Source of the DNA: Amoeboaphelidium occidentale
Lineage: Eukaryota
Assembly: GCA_023515795.1 (NCBI GenBank)
Contig: JALGPX010000119.1
Span: forward strand, 1-37,146
DNA: 37,146 bases
Direction: 5' to 3'
In this document: positions 1-10,820 of the stretch, one piece after another
Numbering within the stretch: position 1 is the first letter of the stretch
How the letters are laid out: each line of letters opens with the position of its first letter
Position numbers and translations under genes: made by a program
Notes under the pieces: model-generated
Database searches by the model: none
What the model was told of the DNA's origin: nothing
What the model saw: only the letters and a program-made list of their open reading frames with translations

Positions 1-390
1 GCAAAAGGCTTTACTGCCAAGCAAAGATAAAAGTAGTTTACGGGGAGGTTTGTTTTAACTACTGTTCTTTCCCTTCGCCCTCTGTGATCCAAATGATCAA
101 ATAGAGGTACCGTATCATACTACTATTCGATAGTTATTTATTTCAGCTACTCAAAGAGTAAGATCTGTCTTTTTTCTATCACCCTTATCCTATTAAAAGG
201 ACGCGTTAGTGCACCACACAGTTGGGAGTGGTTTTCGATATTTTACACTCTCCTCAAATCGAGGTTCCAATCTGTGTCTTCACAGGTCGCGCTGGACGGT
301 TACTGAGGTGAAGCTGGAGATGTTTAACGGTTGTTACAAGAAGTTACTTTTACTCGGACAATTTAAGTTTTTTACTCCAGGCCCGATATA

Positions 391-756
391 GTGACGATCA
401 AACATCTGGTTTCTGTGTTCGCAGCTGTTGGAATTGTTACTTATGTACAAGCATATTTATTCAATAAACAACCTTACGGCCCTAACCCTAATGGCGAGCT
501 ACCACCGCTTTTTAAGTCTCATTATGACAGTATTTCGAATGGAGTACGAGATATAACTGCTCTAGATATAGCACTTAATATGCAATGGTATTCATTCTTT
601 GACACAGCAATTGAAGGAAAAGGCTGGCTTACAGCGTATGCTCCCCAAAATGACTCCGACAAGGCCGACACAGCTATTGCAGATGTATCTGAGATAGCCG
701 CTGGGCTTAATTTAGAGGTTCCAGAATACTCTGAAGAGTTAATGGACGCAATTTAA
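391..756 (+). CDS. Hypothetical ORF, possibly the last exon of an unresolved gene
   Basis: 121-codon ORF with no recognisable motif. An intron-like GTAAGA...AAG segment near 158-199 suggests upstream exons, but no model could be built. Confidence 0.25.
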   Translation: MTIKHLVSVFAAVGIVTYVQAYLFNKQPYGPNPNGELPPLFKSHYDSISNGVRDITALDIALNMQWYSFFDTAIEGKGWLTAYAPQNDSDKADTAIADVSEIAAGLNLEVPEYSEELMDAI

Positions 757-1106
757 CATTCTTACGGATCAGAATCCAAGATAATTTTCCACCAATAACA
801 ACTTTACTTTCTCTACATGGTTACTACTATTTTCAGCTCTTAGCACTGTTTAATTGTCGATTGATGCATACCTTCAATTACACTTTTATATGAAACCACT
901 CGTAAAGGCTTGTAGTGGGCCCTGGGTTGTGTTTGTATTTGCTGTCTATTAATGACATGTCTTTGTTCTACCTGCTGCTGCTCCCTTTTCCTTACGAGGT
1001 TTTTCAGGATGTCACCGGCCACTACATGTCCCTTTTTGATGGAGTTTTCGAAGGAATTCTATTAAATAAACACGAATTAAAGCCTAAAACCTAAAAACTA
1101 AACTAA

Positions 1107-1547
1107 CTAAAACCCTTTTAAATGGCTAGTCGCGTTAATCTTTTGAAGTTCTTCTGCGCATTTCATGTATGAATCATACGCTTCCAAAGCGTCAGGCCGG
1201 GCATTGAATTTCATGGATCCGTAAAAAGGCGGTTCAACATCTTTAAGAGTTAGAAAGTTAATCAAGAGTTAAGATTTACTTCTACGAGGTCTTTTAATGG
1301 CTTCTAATGGTTTTTCTTTCGAAATATTAAACTCCTGGACAACATGTTTAAGGGGCTTCAGTGATCCTAACGGAATTCTACCTCCATTCGCATAAAGACG
1401 GAAATCTCGTGTGGAGCCTTCTAACTTCATTGTATTTATCGCGCTATCGACCAAATCGCTGACACTCCTGCATCTTTGGATTGGAATTTCAATCGCTGGA
1501 CCATCTCCGTGTTTTATCCAAAGCGTCTCTACGTTATTAGTCTTCAT
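1107..1547 (-). CDS. Small protein with a Crinkler(CRN)-like / ubiquitin-fold N-terminal header
   Basis: ATG at 1547. LWIKHGDGPAIEIPIQRCRSVSDLVDSAI...FRLY resembles CRN-type Ubl headers. A predicted intron at 1241-1279 continues the frame (NVEPPFYGSMKF...HLKGF*). The 3' end is uncertain. Confidence 0.4.
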
Positions 1548-1891
1548 TATGGAGTTTTTAAGTGATTCCAATAAGAACGTTAAGCAGAAAAGAATTGAGA
1601 AAGTGTTGAGTCATCAAAAGAAGTTTCAGGATTGTCATTCTCGGAAGCAATTTTACGCTTTTGCAACCAGAAATATTTTAGACTATTCATTTTTGATAAT
1701 TTCCGTTTAAAACCTTTAGCATGCATGATCGCATGTCTCTTGCACCACACACGCTTGTTTTTTACTACCAATTATGTACTTTCCTAGTAACTATGCCCCT
1801 TGTCCATGATCGTGGACCTTGTGATCGGTTCATACTGGATCACTGTTGGTGTCACAACGTTTCAAAGTCATAGCACATTTATTTTTGACTT

Positions 1892-4789
1892 ATGAACTAC
1901 AGAATACACATTTTAGTATTAACGCTAGTGTTTGGAGTGTGGTCACAAGAGAATATCAAAGTCACGACGAAAGTCTTCTCTAAGAGCAATGAGCAGATTA
2001 TGGACGTTTCATACCCAGTGGAGTACGGAACTTTGTTGAAAAGCACACCGCAATTAGATTCAAAGCAAGCATCGTATATCCGAATTCTTTCTACTTATAC
2101 CGACTCAACATCACTAAGTTCTGTTAGTGATCATCGAGAGGTCATGAACAATGACAAAGTAAAACTTGTTTTATGGACGCGATGGAAAATGGCTAGTGCT
2201 TCGACTGAAATAATGGTCAAGAGCTTACAGCAATTCGCTTATGGTGTCATGTTTTACAGATCAAGTGAAGACGATCCGCTTGGCCAGATGTTTAGTTTGA
2301 GCGGTATGGGTGCTTCTAGGTCTCTGAAAGAATTTGAAGTAGAAATTATGGAAGTGTCTGATGAAATGATGAGAAAGAAGGAAATTTGTAGCAATAATGG
2401 CACGAAAGATGTTTTGTCATGCCCTTCAATGGTACTTCTAGACGATCTTGGCGTTTCTGTATTAGTTGGACAAAATTTGGTCATGAACTTAGATAACTCA
2501 ACTCTCGGCACTTCGAGTATGGGCCAGGCTGTTTATTTGGCTGACAAGAGTCCCTTCAATGTAAATAACAGATGGTATGGGGTTCCACTTACAGTTGATA
2601 CTCGCGTGCTTGCTGTGAACAAGACTGTGTTTTCTAAATTGAACCTGAAGCTTCCTCCTCCTCATGCCGATTGGGGTAGAGATAATAATGAATGGAACTG
2701 GGAGACTTTGATAAAGTACGCTTCAGACATTAAGAAGAATATGAACACTGATGGTTTCTACTTCTACGGCAGCGAAAATGATGAAGACAAGTTGATTCAC
2801 AGTATGGCCTTAGCCTCTGGAAACAAGATTCTTGAAGGAAACTCTTTCTCTTCAAGATTATCAAAGACTATGGAAGAAACAATTGGTAAACTTTATGATA
2901 CCTCGAACAGAATAGGAAATACTGATTACTTGCCAGAGAACGATGTTTTCAAATCTTGGGCACAGAAGCCGTTACGGAATCCACTTAGACCACCATATGT
3001 ATTTTGTTGCAAAGAGTTTTCAAAATTCAATCCAGGAATAGGATTTGTTGGAGCTGCACAAATAAGGAATGGTGTTGATTCCAAAGGAGGATTTGTGAAT
3101 GAGATGTCCACTGCCGAAGTCTTGCCTGCTTTCTTGCCTGGAAAAGCTTATCTTGGCGGTTTGGGGCTTTCTTTGATATCAAAAAGCTCTCTCAGGAGTG
3201 TTTCGTGGTACTTTGTTAATTACTTGGTATCTCCAAGCCAGTCTTTTATCAACGACTTTTCTTTGGTTTCAAAGTTACCAGTACCTCTTACAGCTCTGCG
3301 GTCTCAGAATTCCACAAATAATAATGGTTTTTATGATCAGCAGTTGCAACTCACTGAACCTTTGAGAAAGTCGTTTGACGATAATGTTGCAGTATTATCT
3401 GGTGTTGAAAAGTTAAATCCGTTGCGTTCCATGTTGATGGAGTATGCATATGGAAGGTCTTCATTACAAGATGCTGTCAAAAGGTCTTCGATAATATTGA
3501 AGTCACTGTCGTTGCCAAGGTGTAATGACACTGAAGTTAAAGCTGTTGTTTCGAAATGCGATTCAGCTTCAGATTACAGGTTTGTTGATTTCACCGGAGA
3601 AGAGTTTATCAAGGATGATAAATGTGTAATACGGTTCGACGAGATTTCAGACACGCTGTCAGGGATAAAATGTAGTTTCATTGAACCTTCTTCTGTTACA
3701 GGACTTACGATTTATGTGGTGGCAGCAATTCTGATAGTTTTCTGTTTGATTCTGTTCGCCTTGACATTATTCTGGAAGGGGAGCTGGTGGATTTGGAAGA
3801 CGACTATTACGTTCTTGGGAATTATTTTATTTGGTGGGATCTTTATTAGTGCTGGAGTGGTTTTATTTGTTGGATATCCAACAGTATCTTTATGTTCTTC
3901 CAGAATGTGGATTGTTTCTATTGGATACTTCTTGATAGCTGGTTCATTCTTTGTCGCATCTGTATTAATCAAAATCAGCTATAACAGCAATGATCCGTAT
4001 TTCTATCCAACTGGCCAGTATACCAAGCGAGTTTTGCTCATTTTTGTTGTGGTTCTAGTACTTCTCATCATGTTGACCGTTTACGACCAGAACATATCTG
4101 TCGTGTACAAGTCTTTTAGAATCGAAAACGTTTCTGGGGGCTCCACACTAACAGTTGATACACCTGTTTGTTCTTCGGGACATCCAATAATTTTCTATTT
4201 GTTTGTAGGCTTTTGTGGTGCTATATCGTTACTGACTTCTATTTTCAGCTACAGAAACAGAAAATGCACAAGATCGTTTTCAGAGCCTACACTAATCTTC
4301 GTGATCTCTCTTTGCATTAACTTGTCGATGGTGGTTTTAATAACTCTGTCAATGTTCCTCGATGGAGGTGAAGAGTATTCTCGGCTTATTGCTCTTTCTT
4401 TTGGATTAATATTTGTTACCTTTACTGTTATTGGAACTTATTTCACACCAAAACTTCACCAAGCACGAACTGGTTCAGAACCTGATGAGCTTCCGTCGCC
4501 GTCAGATTTACTCGCTGCCAAAACACCTGCATTTCAGAAGGATCCCTTTAATCCTGATAGAAAGCTGAAAGGTAAATCCGTTCATTTTAGTTCCGATATG
4601 GATACCGAAGAGAATATTCCTTCAAATCAAAAGCTTCCACGCTTGGACAGCACAAAGTTTGGCAAGATTCATGGCTTGCTCCAAAGTCATATTAACTCAT
4701 CAGAGAACCTGAAAGAGAAGAAAGTCATGTCAAAGTTGGTCCTTCCTAGTACAGAATCACCTTCTGTGATGCCAAGAGTAGTTGAATAG
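1892..4789 (+). CDS. Class C (family 3)-like GPCR with an extracellular ABC-type solute-binding domain
   Basis: Signal peptide; YGVPLTVDTRVLAVNKTVF motif typical of sugar-binding periplasmic proteins; Cys-rich linker; seven hydrophobic helices with 7tm_3 hallmarks (CSSRMW, FSEPT, YFTPKL); cytoplasmic tail. Confidence 0.8.
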   Translation: MNYRIHILVLTLVFGVWSQENIKVTTKVFSKSNEQIMDVSYPVEYGTLLKSTPQLDSKQASYIRILSTYTDSTSLSSVSDHREVMNNDKVKLVLWTRWKMASASTEIMVKSLQQFAYGVMFYRSSEDDPLGQMFSLSGMGASRSLKEFEVEIMEVSDEMMRKKEICSNNGTKDVLSCPSMVLLDDLGVSVLVGQNLVMNLDNSTLGTSSMGQAVYLADKSPFNVNNRWYGVPLTVDTRVLAVNKTVFSKLNLKLPPPHADWGRDNNEWNWETLIKYASDIKKNMNTDGFYFYGSENDEDKLIHSMALASGNKILEGNSFSSRLSKTMEETIGKLYDTSNRIGNTDYLPENDVFKSWAQKPLRNPLRPPYVFCCKEFSKFNPGIGFVGAAQIRNGVDSKGGFVNEMSTAEVLPAFLPGKAYLGGLGLSLISKSSLRSVSWYFVNYLVSPSQSFINDFSLVSKLPVPLTALRSQNSTNNNGFYDQQLQLTEPLRKSFDDNVAVLSGVEKLNPLRSMLMEYAYGRSSLQDAVKRSSIILKSLSLPRCNDTEVKAVVSKCDSASDYRFVDFTGEEFIKDDKCVIRFDEISDTLSGIKCSFIEPSSVTGLTIYVVAAILIVFCLILFALTLFWKGSWWIWKTTITFLGIILFGGIFISAGVVLFVGYPTVSLCSSRMWIVSIGYFLIAGSFFVASVLIKISYNSNDPYFYPTGQYTKRVLLIFVVVLVLLIMLTVYDQNISVVYKSFRIENVSGGSTLTVDTPVCSSGHPIIFYLFVGFCGAISLLTSIFSYRNRKCTRSFSEPTLIFVISLCINLSMVVLITLSMFLDGGEEYSRLIALSFGLIFVTFTVIGTYFTPKLHQARTGSEPDELPSPSDLLAAKTPAFQKDPFNPDRKLKGKSVHFSSDMDTEENIPSNQKLPRLDSTKFGKIHGLLQSHINSSENLKEKKVMSKLVLPSTESPSVMPRVVE

Positions 4790-4898
4790 ATACCATTGAA
4801 CGTGTTTTCGCGGCGAAACAGTTTGTTGTAATTTGATTGGTGGTATCACTCACGGGCCAATACTATTAGTTTGTTCAAGTCTTATCCCGATCGTCACA

Positions 4899-6872
4899 AT
4901 GAACAATTACCTTGCTTCAACTGTTGTCTCAAAAGAGGGTATTGCTGATTCCGCTCCAGATGCACCTTCCTCCGGCGACGTTTGGATATCAACAGGTCAG
5001 AGAAGGTCGTCCTTGGCAAGATTATCATTGTCTTCTGGTGTTTTGCCTGCATTTCTTCTTTACTACACTGAAGATGGTTCAATGCAAAGATTTGACTTGA
5101 CACGACCATTGTATACTATCGGCAGGAAGCTGGACCGAGATATTGTTTTGCAATGTCCTCAGATCTCCAAAGACCATTGTGTTCTAGAACGAGACTCAAA
5201 GGGCTACATCATTTCAGACAGAAAGTCTGCGAATGGAGTTCTCATCAATGGTGTTCAAATCTCAAAGAGCAAGTATCTTCAGGATGGTGATCAAATAATG
5301 CTGGGAACTGTTTTGTTGGAATTCTACGATGAAGTTGAAATAACGCCAGAGAATCAGGAAGAACTTATGCGCTCTCATCCTGCATTTGCGGGCTTTGCTA
5401 GTTCTTACCCATCAGCTACACAGGACGAAGACTCCGTTGAATTACCAGAAATCACAGAGTTGTCGTTATCAAACGGAAATATTGGAAGTAACATTCCAGA
5501 TATGGCTCCACCTTCTCCGCTCGATAACAAGGAATTCAAAAAGAGGGTTGCAAGAAGGCCTTTGAGCACCGCTGATAAGCATTTATCTTTGGTTACGATT
5601 CTGCCTTCTGATGAAAAGTATGATGAAACAATTACAATTAGGGCTGAGCTTAATGCCGCAGACATGGATTTTGTAGCTGCAGATACAATTCAGGATCCAG
5701 AAGTTCTTAAAAATGACTATGAGAAACTCCGTCTATCGTACGAGCTATCAAAGCTTGGATTTCAGAATATTGATCTGTTGTTGGATAGAACAGCAGAGTT
5801 AATCATGAGCGTCCTTCCAGCTGATCGCGTTGTTGTGATGCTCGTAGATAAGAAGACTAGTATGCTTACTTGTAAAACAGTCAAGTTTCGAGAAGGAAGA
5901 CATTTGGAGAACATTGAAATTCTGATGAGTTCTACAACACTTAAGAAAGTGTATCAACAGAAGAAATGTTTGATCACAAATGATGCATTATCAGATCCTG
6001 GCTTGAACTCAAAAGCTTCAATGGCCAAGTTGAGCATCAGAAGTGCGATGGCAGTTCCATTGATATCAAACGATCGAGTCCATGGAATTCTCCACATTGA
6101 TTCTCAAGACAAAGTGAATGCATTCGCAGTCAAGGATCTGGCATTAGTTAAAGCCATCTCAAACCAAACTGCTATTGCTTTGGAAAACTCTAAGCTTGTT
6201 AATGATATCAAGCAAGAAGTATCGATACGAGAGAACTTGGGTCGTTTCTTGCCGCCTCATGTTGTCGAAAGAGTCATTCAAAAGAAAGAACCTGTAAAGA
6301 AGGGTGGAAGGAAACTGTATGGAACAATTCTGTTTGCAGATATTCGTGGATTTACAAAATTATCAGAAGCTCAAACGCCAGAGGAAGTTGTGGATATGTT
6401 GAATGACTTTTTCGAACGTGTTGTTCAAATAATCTTCAAGTATGATGGTGTTTTGGATAAGTACATTGGCGACTGTGTGATGGCTGGATTTGGAACACTT
6501 CCTGAGCAGAGCGCCAACGCAGAGCTCAATGCTGTAATGGCAGCTACTGAGTTTATCGATGCTGTGAATCAAATGAATAGTGAACGAGTGAGAGCTGGCA
6601 AACAACCAATAACAGTCGGTGTTGGTTTAAATTCCGGTCCTTTGGTTGCAGGATATATCGGTAGTTCTCAGCGTTTGGAATACACTTCTATTGGAGACAC
6701 TGTGAACACTGCATCTAGAATTTGTTCAATGGCTAATGACAATCAAGTCCTGATATCTGAATCAACTCTGAAATCTGTTTCTTCTCATGTTGAAACTAGA
6801 TTTGTTGCTGCAAAGTTATTCAAGGGTAAATCACAAGAAGTTAATGTTTATGAAGTGCTGAAAAAGATTTGA
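4899..6872 (+). CDS. FHA-GAF-class III adenylate cyclase
   Basis: FHA motifs (IGRK, ISKDH, SANGVLING); GAF (IRSAMAVPL...GILHIDS); cyclase motifs FADIRGFT, DKYIGDCVMA, EYTSIGDTVNTASRI. First ATG is at 4899. Confidence 0.92.
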   Translation: MNNYLASTVVSKEGIADSAPDAPSSGDVWISTGQRRSSLARLSLSSGVLPAFLLYYTEDGSMQRFDLTRPLYTIGRKLDRDIVLQCPQISKDHCVLERDSKGYIISDRKSANGVLINGVQISKSKYLQDGDQIMLGTVLLEFYDEVEITPENQEELMRSHPAFAGFASSYPSATQDEDSVELPEITELSLSNGNIGSNIPDMAPPSPLDNKEFKKRVARRPLSTADKHLSLVTILPSDEKYDETITIRAELNAADMDFVAADTIQDPEVLKNDYEKLRLSYELSKLGFQNIDLLLDRTAELIMSVLPADRVVVMLVDKKTSMLTCKTVKFREGRHLENIEILMSSTTLKKVYQQKKCLITNDALSDPGLNSKASMAKLSIRSAMAVPLISNDRVHGILHIDSQDKVNAFAVKDLALVKAISNQTAIALENSKLVNDIKQEVSIRENLGRFLPPHVVERVIQKKEPVKKGGRKLYGTILFADIRGFTKLSEAQTPEEVVDMLNDFFERVVQIIFKYDGVLDKYIGDCVMAGFGTLPEQSANAELNAVMAATEFIDAVNQMNSERVRAGKQPITVGVGLNSGPLVAGYIGSSQRLEYTSIGDTVNTASRICSMANDNQVLISESTLKSVSSHVETRFVAAKLFKGKSQEVNVYEVLKKI

Positions 6873-6907
6873 AATTACTTTACTACTAAAATTCTATTCT
6901 TTCAAAC

Positions 6908-7963
6908 TTAAACATTTGCACTGCCATCTTCAAGTATTTTTCGATTACAAAGTGGACATCTTGCTTCCAATCGTAACCAGTCATCAAGACACTGAGAATG
7001 GAAGTGATGTTTACAATTCAATTGTCGCAAATCTTCCCCTGGCTCATACTCTTGTAGACATATTGAGCATTGAGCGTCTTCTTTAGGTATAACAGCTACT
7101 CCATCTTGTTCAGCCTTCGGATCATATTTAATCTTGTTTATCTTTGCAATGACTTTATCATCTAAGCCTCTTCCGCCAATTGCAGAGATATCCCCGAGCA
7201 AACCATATCGAGCCAATAACCTCACGACACCAACGACAACTGGAAAACAGAATATAATTAATAAAAGCAAAACCAACGGAATAAGAATCCTCAAGTAAAC
7301 GATGCATACAAAGTACAGAGAAGTGTAGAAAAGTATTGGCGCTGTACTTGCGCATCTCACCGCTGAGAAAATCCAATAGTTACCCAGAATAAACCACATA
7401 GTCGACATTAAGTCTAAAAAGGATCTGATCGCTTTCAATGGTTCCAAGAATCCTGGAGTAGTCTCAGCTGTAGTGGCATTTCGAGTGTTTGAAACAGATT
7501 GTGCAACAGCTGGTCTAGAACTTCCCTGGTCCAGAGAATTGGGCAAATTACCAGTAGATCCACTAGAATTACTTCCAGCTTGAGCATCACTTGGCCGTCT
7601 CTTATAAACTCTTAGCAGTAGGATAACAGGATAAAAGAATAGAATCAGTAAGCCCTGAACAACCAAGTATACAGACAGTGGAGACTCTTCACACCTTCCA
7701 TACAGCGTTGCATCCCCACCAGTATTGGCTCTTCTAGATTCTTCTACTTTTGCAGCAGAAACTGATACTGTGACGATTATGATTGTGAGCTGAATGATTG
7801 TAAAGATTGTGTAACACAAGAGCACAGCTTTAGTACTGGTCGGTAATCGACGTACTCTTCCTGTGAATGTTAAGCGTCCATTGGAATTTGATGACTGTGA
7901 ATCTCCAATAGCAGACGATGAAGCAGAGTTGACTGCATTCAAAGCATTTTGTGACGTCGACAT
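6908..7963 (-). CDS. Transmembrane RING-H2 E3 ubiquitin ligase
   Basis: About 4 TM helices (including WFILGNYWIF) plus C-terminal CSICLQEY...CKHHFHSQCLDDWL...CPLC. Confidence 0.9.
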   Translation of the reverse strand: MSTSQNALNAVNSASSSAIGDSQSSNSNGRLTFTGRVRRLPTSTKAVLLCYTIFTIIQLTIIIVTVSVSAAKVEESRRANTGGDATLYGRCEESPLSVYLVVQGLLILFFYPVILLLRVYKRRPSDAQAGSNSSGSTGNLPNSLDQGSSRPAVAQSVSNTRNATTAETTPGFLEPLKAIRSFLDLMSTMWFILGNYWIFSAVRCASTAPILFYTSLYFVCIVYLRILIPLVLLLLIIFCFPVVVGVVRLLARYGLLGDISAIGGRGLDDKVIAKINKIKYDPKAEQDGVAVIPKEDAQCSICLQEYEPGEDLRQLNCKHHFHSQCLDDWLRLEARCPLCNRKILEDGSANV

Positions 7964-8147
7964 GAATCACTGAACTGAAAGAAAAAAAGCTTGGCTCGCT
8001 TGCTGGTACATTCCTGCGTAACAGAAATCTACGTATCCTAATCAAACACGTGTTAGCTCTCAATTATCGCTCTGGTTTCGTAATGTGGGCAACTATTAGC
8101 GCAGTAAAGCACAGCTGTCATATCAAACAACTTCCCTTTTCCAAAAG

Positions 8148-8942
8148 ATGAACTCTTCTGCTGAAACAACATTTGAATTTACTCATCATCAGTCAAACTC
8201 TGAAGCTGTTGGATTGTCGAATGCTGCTGACTTGGGCAATGAAGAAAATCAACTGTCTGGAATTGACATGGTGAAACAGACGTTTACTAATGATGTTTAC
8301 ATTCAGGAAGACAACGGTGAACATTCTCACATTGAAACACCCGTAAAACAGGGACACTTTGAAGAACAGGAATCGTTGCGTTATGATCTATTTAAGTTGA
8401 GCAAGAGTTCATCAGCTAAGAAGCAGTTACAGCAACAACAGCAGCAGAAGTATCACACACCGATTCCCAGTGTTGTTGGTGCAAGCAAGATTCCTAAATT
8501 GCTGAGTTCCGTCGTAAGGAAGGACCACTTGAAGGCTGGTGGTTTGAAGAATGATCTTGCTGTTGAAGATAAAGAGAACAAGAATGTTAGACAGTTATTG
8601 CAGGATGTTTCATCAGCAGCAGTTGAAACAAAGCTAATCGACGATGAAATTGAAAAGTTAAAGAAAGAAATTGAACAGTTAAGAAAAGATTTGGTTTTTA
8701 AGAGTGAAGAAACTTCCTCTGGTGTTGCTGTAGCTGCTGAAAGTGGAAAAAGCTTTGGATATGGTTGGATCACGCTGTTGAGTATCGTTTTGTTGATGGA
8801 AATTTTGATTGTTTTGGGAATCTTTAGTTATTTTGAACAGACGGAATGGCAGCGGGAGTTGAGTTTGAAAGGTCTACGTTACTTTGTTGAAGACGTTCCA
8901 ATGCTCTGGGAAAGCGGTCAATCCGCCTTCCGTCCTATTTAA
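8148..8942 (+). CDS. Hypothetical coiled-coil protein with a C-terminal TM helix
   Basis: 264-aa ATG ORF; heptad segment IDDEIEKLKKEIEQLRKDL; hydrophobic ITLLSIVLLMEILIVLGIF. Confidence 0.65.
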   Translation: MNSSAETTFEFTHHQSNSEAVGLSNAADLGNEENQLSGIDMVKQTFTNDVYIQEDNGEHSHIETPVKQGHFEEQESLRYDLFKLSKSSSAKKQLQQQQQQKYHTPIPSVVGASKIPKLLSSVVRKDHLKAGGLKNDLAVEDKENKNVRQLLQDVSSAAVETKLIDDEIEKLKKEIEQLRKDLVFKSEETSSGVAVAAESGKSFGYGWITLLSIVLLMEILIVLGIFSYFEQTEWQRELSLKGLRYFVEDVPMLWESGQSAFRPI

Positions 8943-8971
8943 TTTAAAAATAAAGCGCGATAAGCTTTCTA

Positions 8972-10022
8972 TTATTCGATTCCCCTTATGGAATCTGCAT
9001 CATAGAGAAAGATGTAAATAGCTGGCGACTCTTCTCGTTCCCATTCAGGAATATTTTCAGTTTGCTCTGAAACAACTTCTTTAACTTCAAGTACTTTACT
9101 CGGAGACCATTCCGGTATGCTGAACATGACAGTGATTATTCTTCTCTTAGGCTTTGAGTGATTATCAACTGATATTTGTGTAAGATCGGTGCTTCTTACT
9201 AAAAGTGGGGGTTCGAAAGAGGGAATACTTCCACTTGTTGCAGCTGAATTTGGAGCCTCGGGATATGAAGAGTTTGAAGAAGTACAAGACGATACTCCTG
9301 GTTTCAAGCCAAAAAGCTTCCGGAAAGACGTTGACCATTTCAGTTTGATCTTTTCACGAGGATCTTGATCATGTTTTGATGCTGCTTCGTTGTTTCGAAC
9401 CTTTAAGACAGAGGGCTCGCTTCTAACATTATCATTCAAGTTTCGCTTGTCTTTAGATTCAACGATATCGACTAAAAAGTATTAAAAGCCGAGAAATAGC
9501 ATGTTTACCTAATCTTCCTTTGAGAAAACTTTCAAGCTTTGGTTTCAGCTTGATCAATTCTTCTGGCGATAAATTACACAAGACGCATGTTGCTTCAGCC
9601 TTTTCCAAATCGAATTCGAATATATCCCCTTCTTGTAATGAAATTGGTGATTCTGTCGCGAGATTCTCCGTGTGAACATTCAACTTCTGTTTCAGAGTAG
9701 ATATAAGATCAGGCTCAAACTCCACCCCAATTATTCTCTTTGGTCTCTGATATGATCCTTCACCCTTCGTTAAGGCTGCACCGTTTTCATCATCTAGAGA
9801 ATTGCTTTTCAAAGTTCCTTCGAAGCTATTGTACACGGAATCCGTAGAACGAACTACAGCAGCCTTTCTTCGATTATGCCCTGATTGATCATCTCCCTCC
9901 AAAGCTGCCAATAGGAACCTTCCATCTCCGCAACGCAAATCGACGAAAACATCATCTTTAGTCAAATTAGCAAGTCTTAGCGCAGGCTTCACAACAAATT
10001 CTGCAGCCGACTCTTTCTCCAT
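8972..10022 (-). CDS. Class I SAM-dependent methyltransferase-like protein (2 exons)
   Basis: LRLANLTKDDVFVDLRCGDGR motif I, IIGVEFEPDL, GDIFEFDL. Intron 9472-9508 (GTAAAC...TTTTAG) joins the two track ORFs in frame and supplies the C-terminal RIITVMFSIPEWSP motif. Confidence 0.75.
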
Positions 10023-10199
10023 TAGGTTGTAATTAAAGGTATGCTTCCACTTTTAGAAAGAACTAAAGAATTTTTGAGCCGAAACAATGCGAGAATGATG
10101 GTTGATCTTGATTGCACGTGATTGGACGTTTACAGGCCAAAGTTTAATGTCACTTGTTGCCAAATTACACTTAATCCACATTCTATCTCTATTTTGAAA

Positions 10200-10820
10200 A
10201 TGGGCCTCAAAATGATACAACCACCTACTGAAGGAATGAACCATTCTACCTGGGCTCCTCCTAATCAGACATCCAAAACTCTGTTCCTCATTGCTCATGG
10301 GACTCCATCTCGTGATGAACCATCCCAAGAAGAAGAAGAACCAAGACTATCATCTGAAGGCAGAAGAGAATCTTTACAAATTCAAAACAAAATCCCAAGA
10401 GACGCGATCAGTAATGTTGAGATGGTCATTTGTGGCAGCGAGGCAGTTTCAATGCAAACAATGGAGTTGGCTTTTGGTAGAATGTTGGAATGGCGCAATG
10501 TTCCAGTCTTTATTAATCACGACTTGACAAGTACACAATCAGTGTCTTCACAACCCGTCTCATCTGAGAACACTACTGATGAACAGAAATCTACACGATT
10601 CCTACGCTGGATAGCACACAGAAAAGAAAAGTGCCTATTTGCAGTTGGTGCTTTCCATTTCTTGGAATCTCTATTGGACGTATCTTTAAGCTATGGTCAA
10701 GTACTTCGTGTCCTTGTAACGCAAACAGACAATGGCACAATCAAGTTAAGCACATCAGCTGGCATAAGAGTCATTGATCGAACAGTTAATGATGAGATTG
10801 AGGCTGTGGGAATTCTCTAA
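10200..10820 (+). CDS. Histidine phosphatase / phosphoglycerate mutase-like protein with degenerate motifs
   Basis: KTLFLIAHG (RHG-like), QTMELAF and FLRWIAHRKEKCLFAVG match PGM-like spacing. The start is uncertain (10200, 10212 or 10236). Confidence 0.55.
   Translation: MGLKMIQPPTEGMNHSTWAPPNQTSKTLFLIAHGTPSRDEPSQEEEEPRLSSEGRRESLQIQNKIPRDAISNVEMVICGSEAVSMQTMELAFGRMLEWRNVPVFINHDLTSTQSVSSQPVSSENTTDEQKSTRFLRWIAHRKEKCLFAVGAFHFLESLLDVSLSYGQVLRVLVTQTDNGTIKLSTSAGIRVIDRTVNDEIEAVGIL

Noticed and set aside
480..491. CCCTAACCCTAA telomere-like repeat
   Set aside because: Only two units, inside an ORF (GPNPNG).
1083..1115. Degenerate CTAAAA-type repeats
   Set aside because: Short and irregular; low-complexity UTR or intron sequence rather than a telomere or array.
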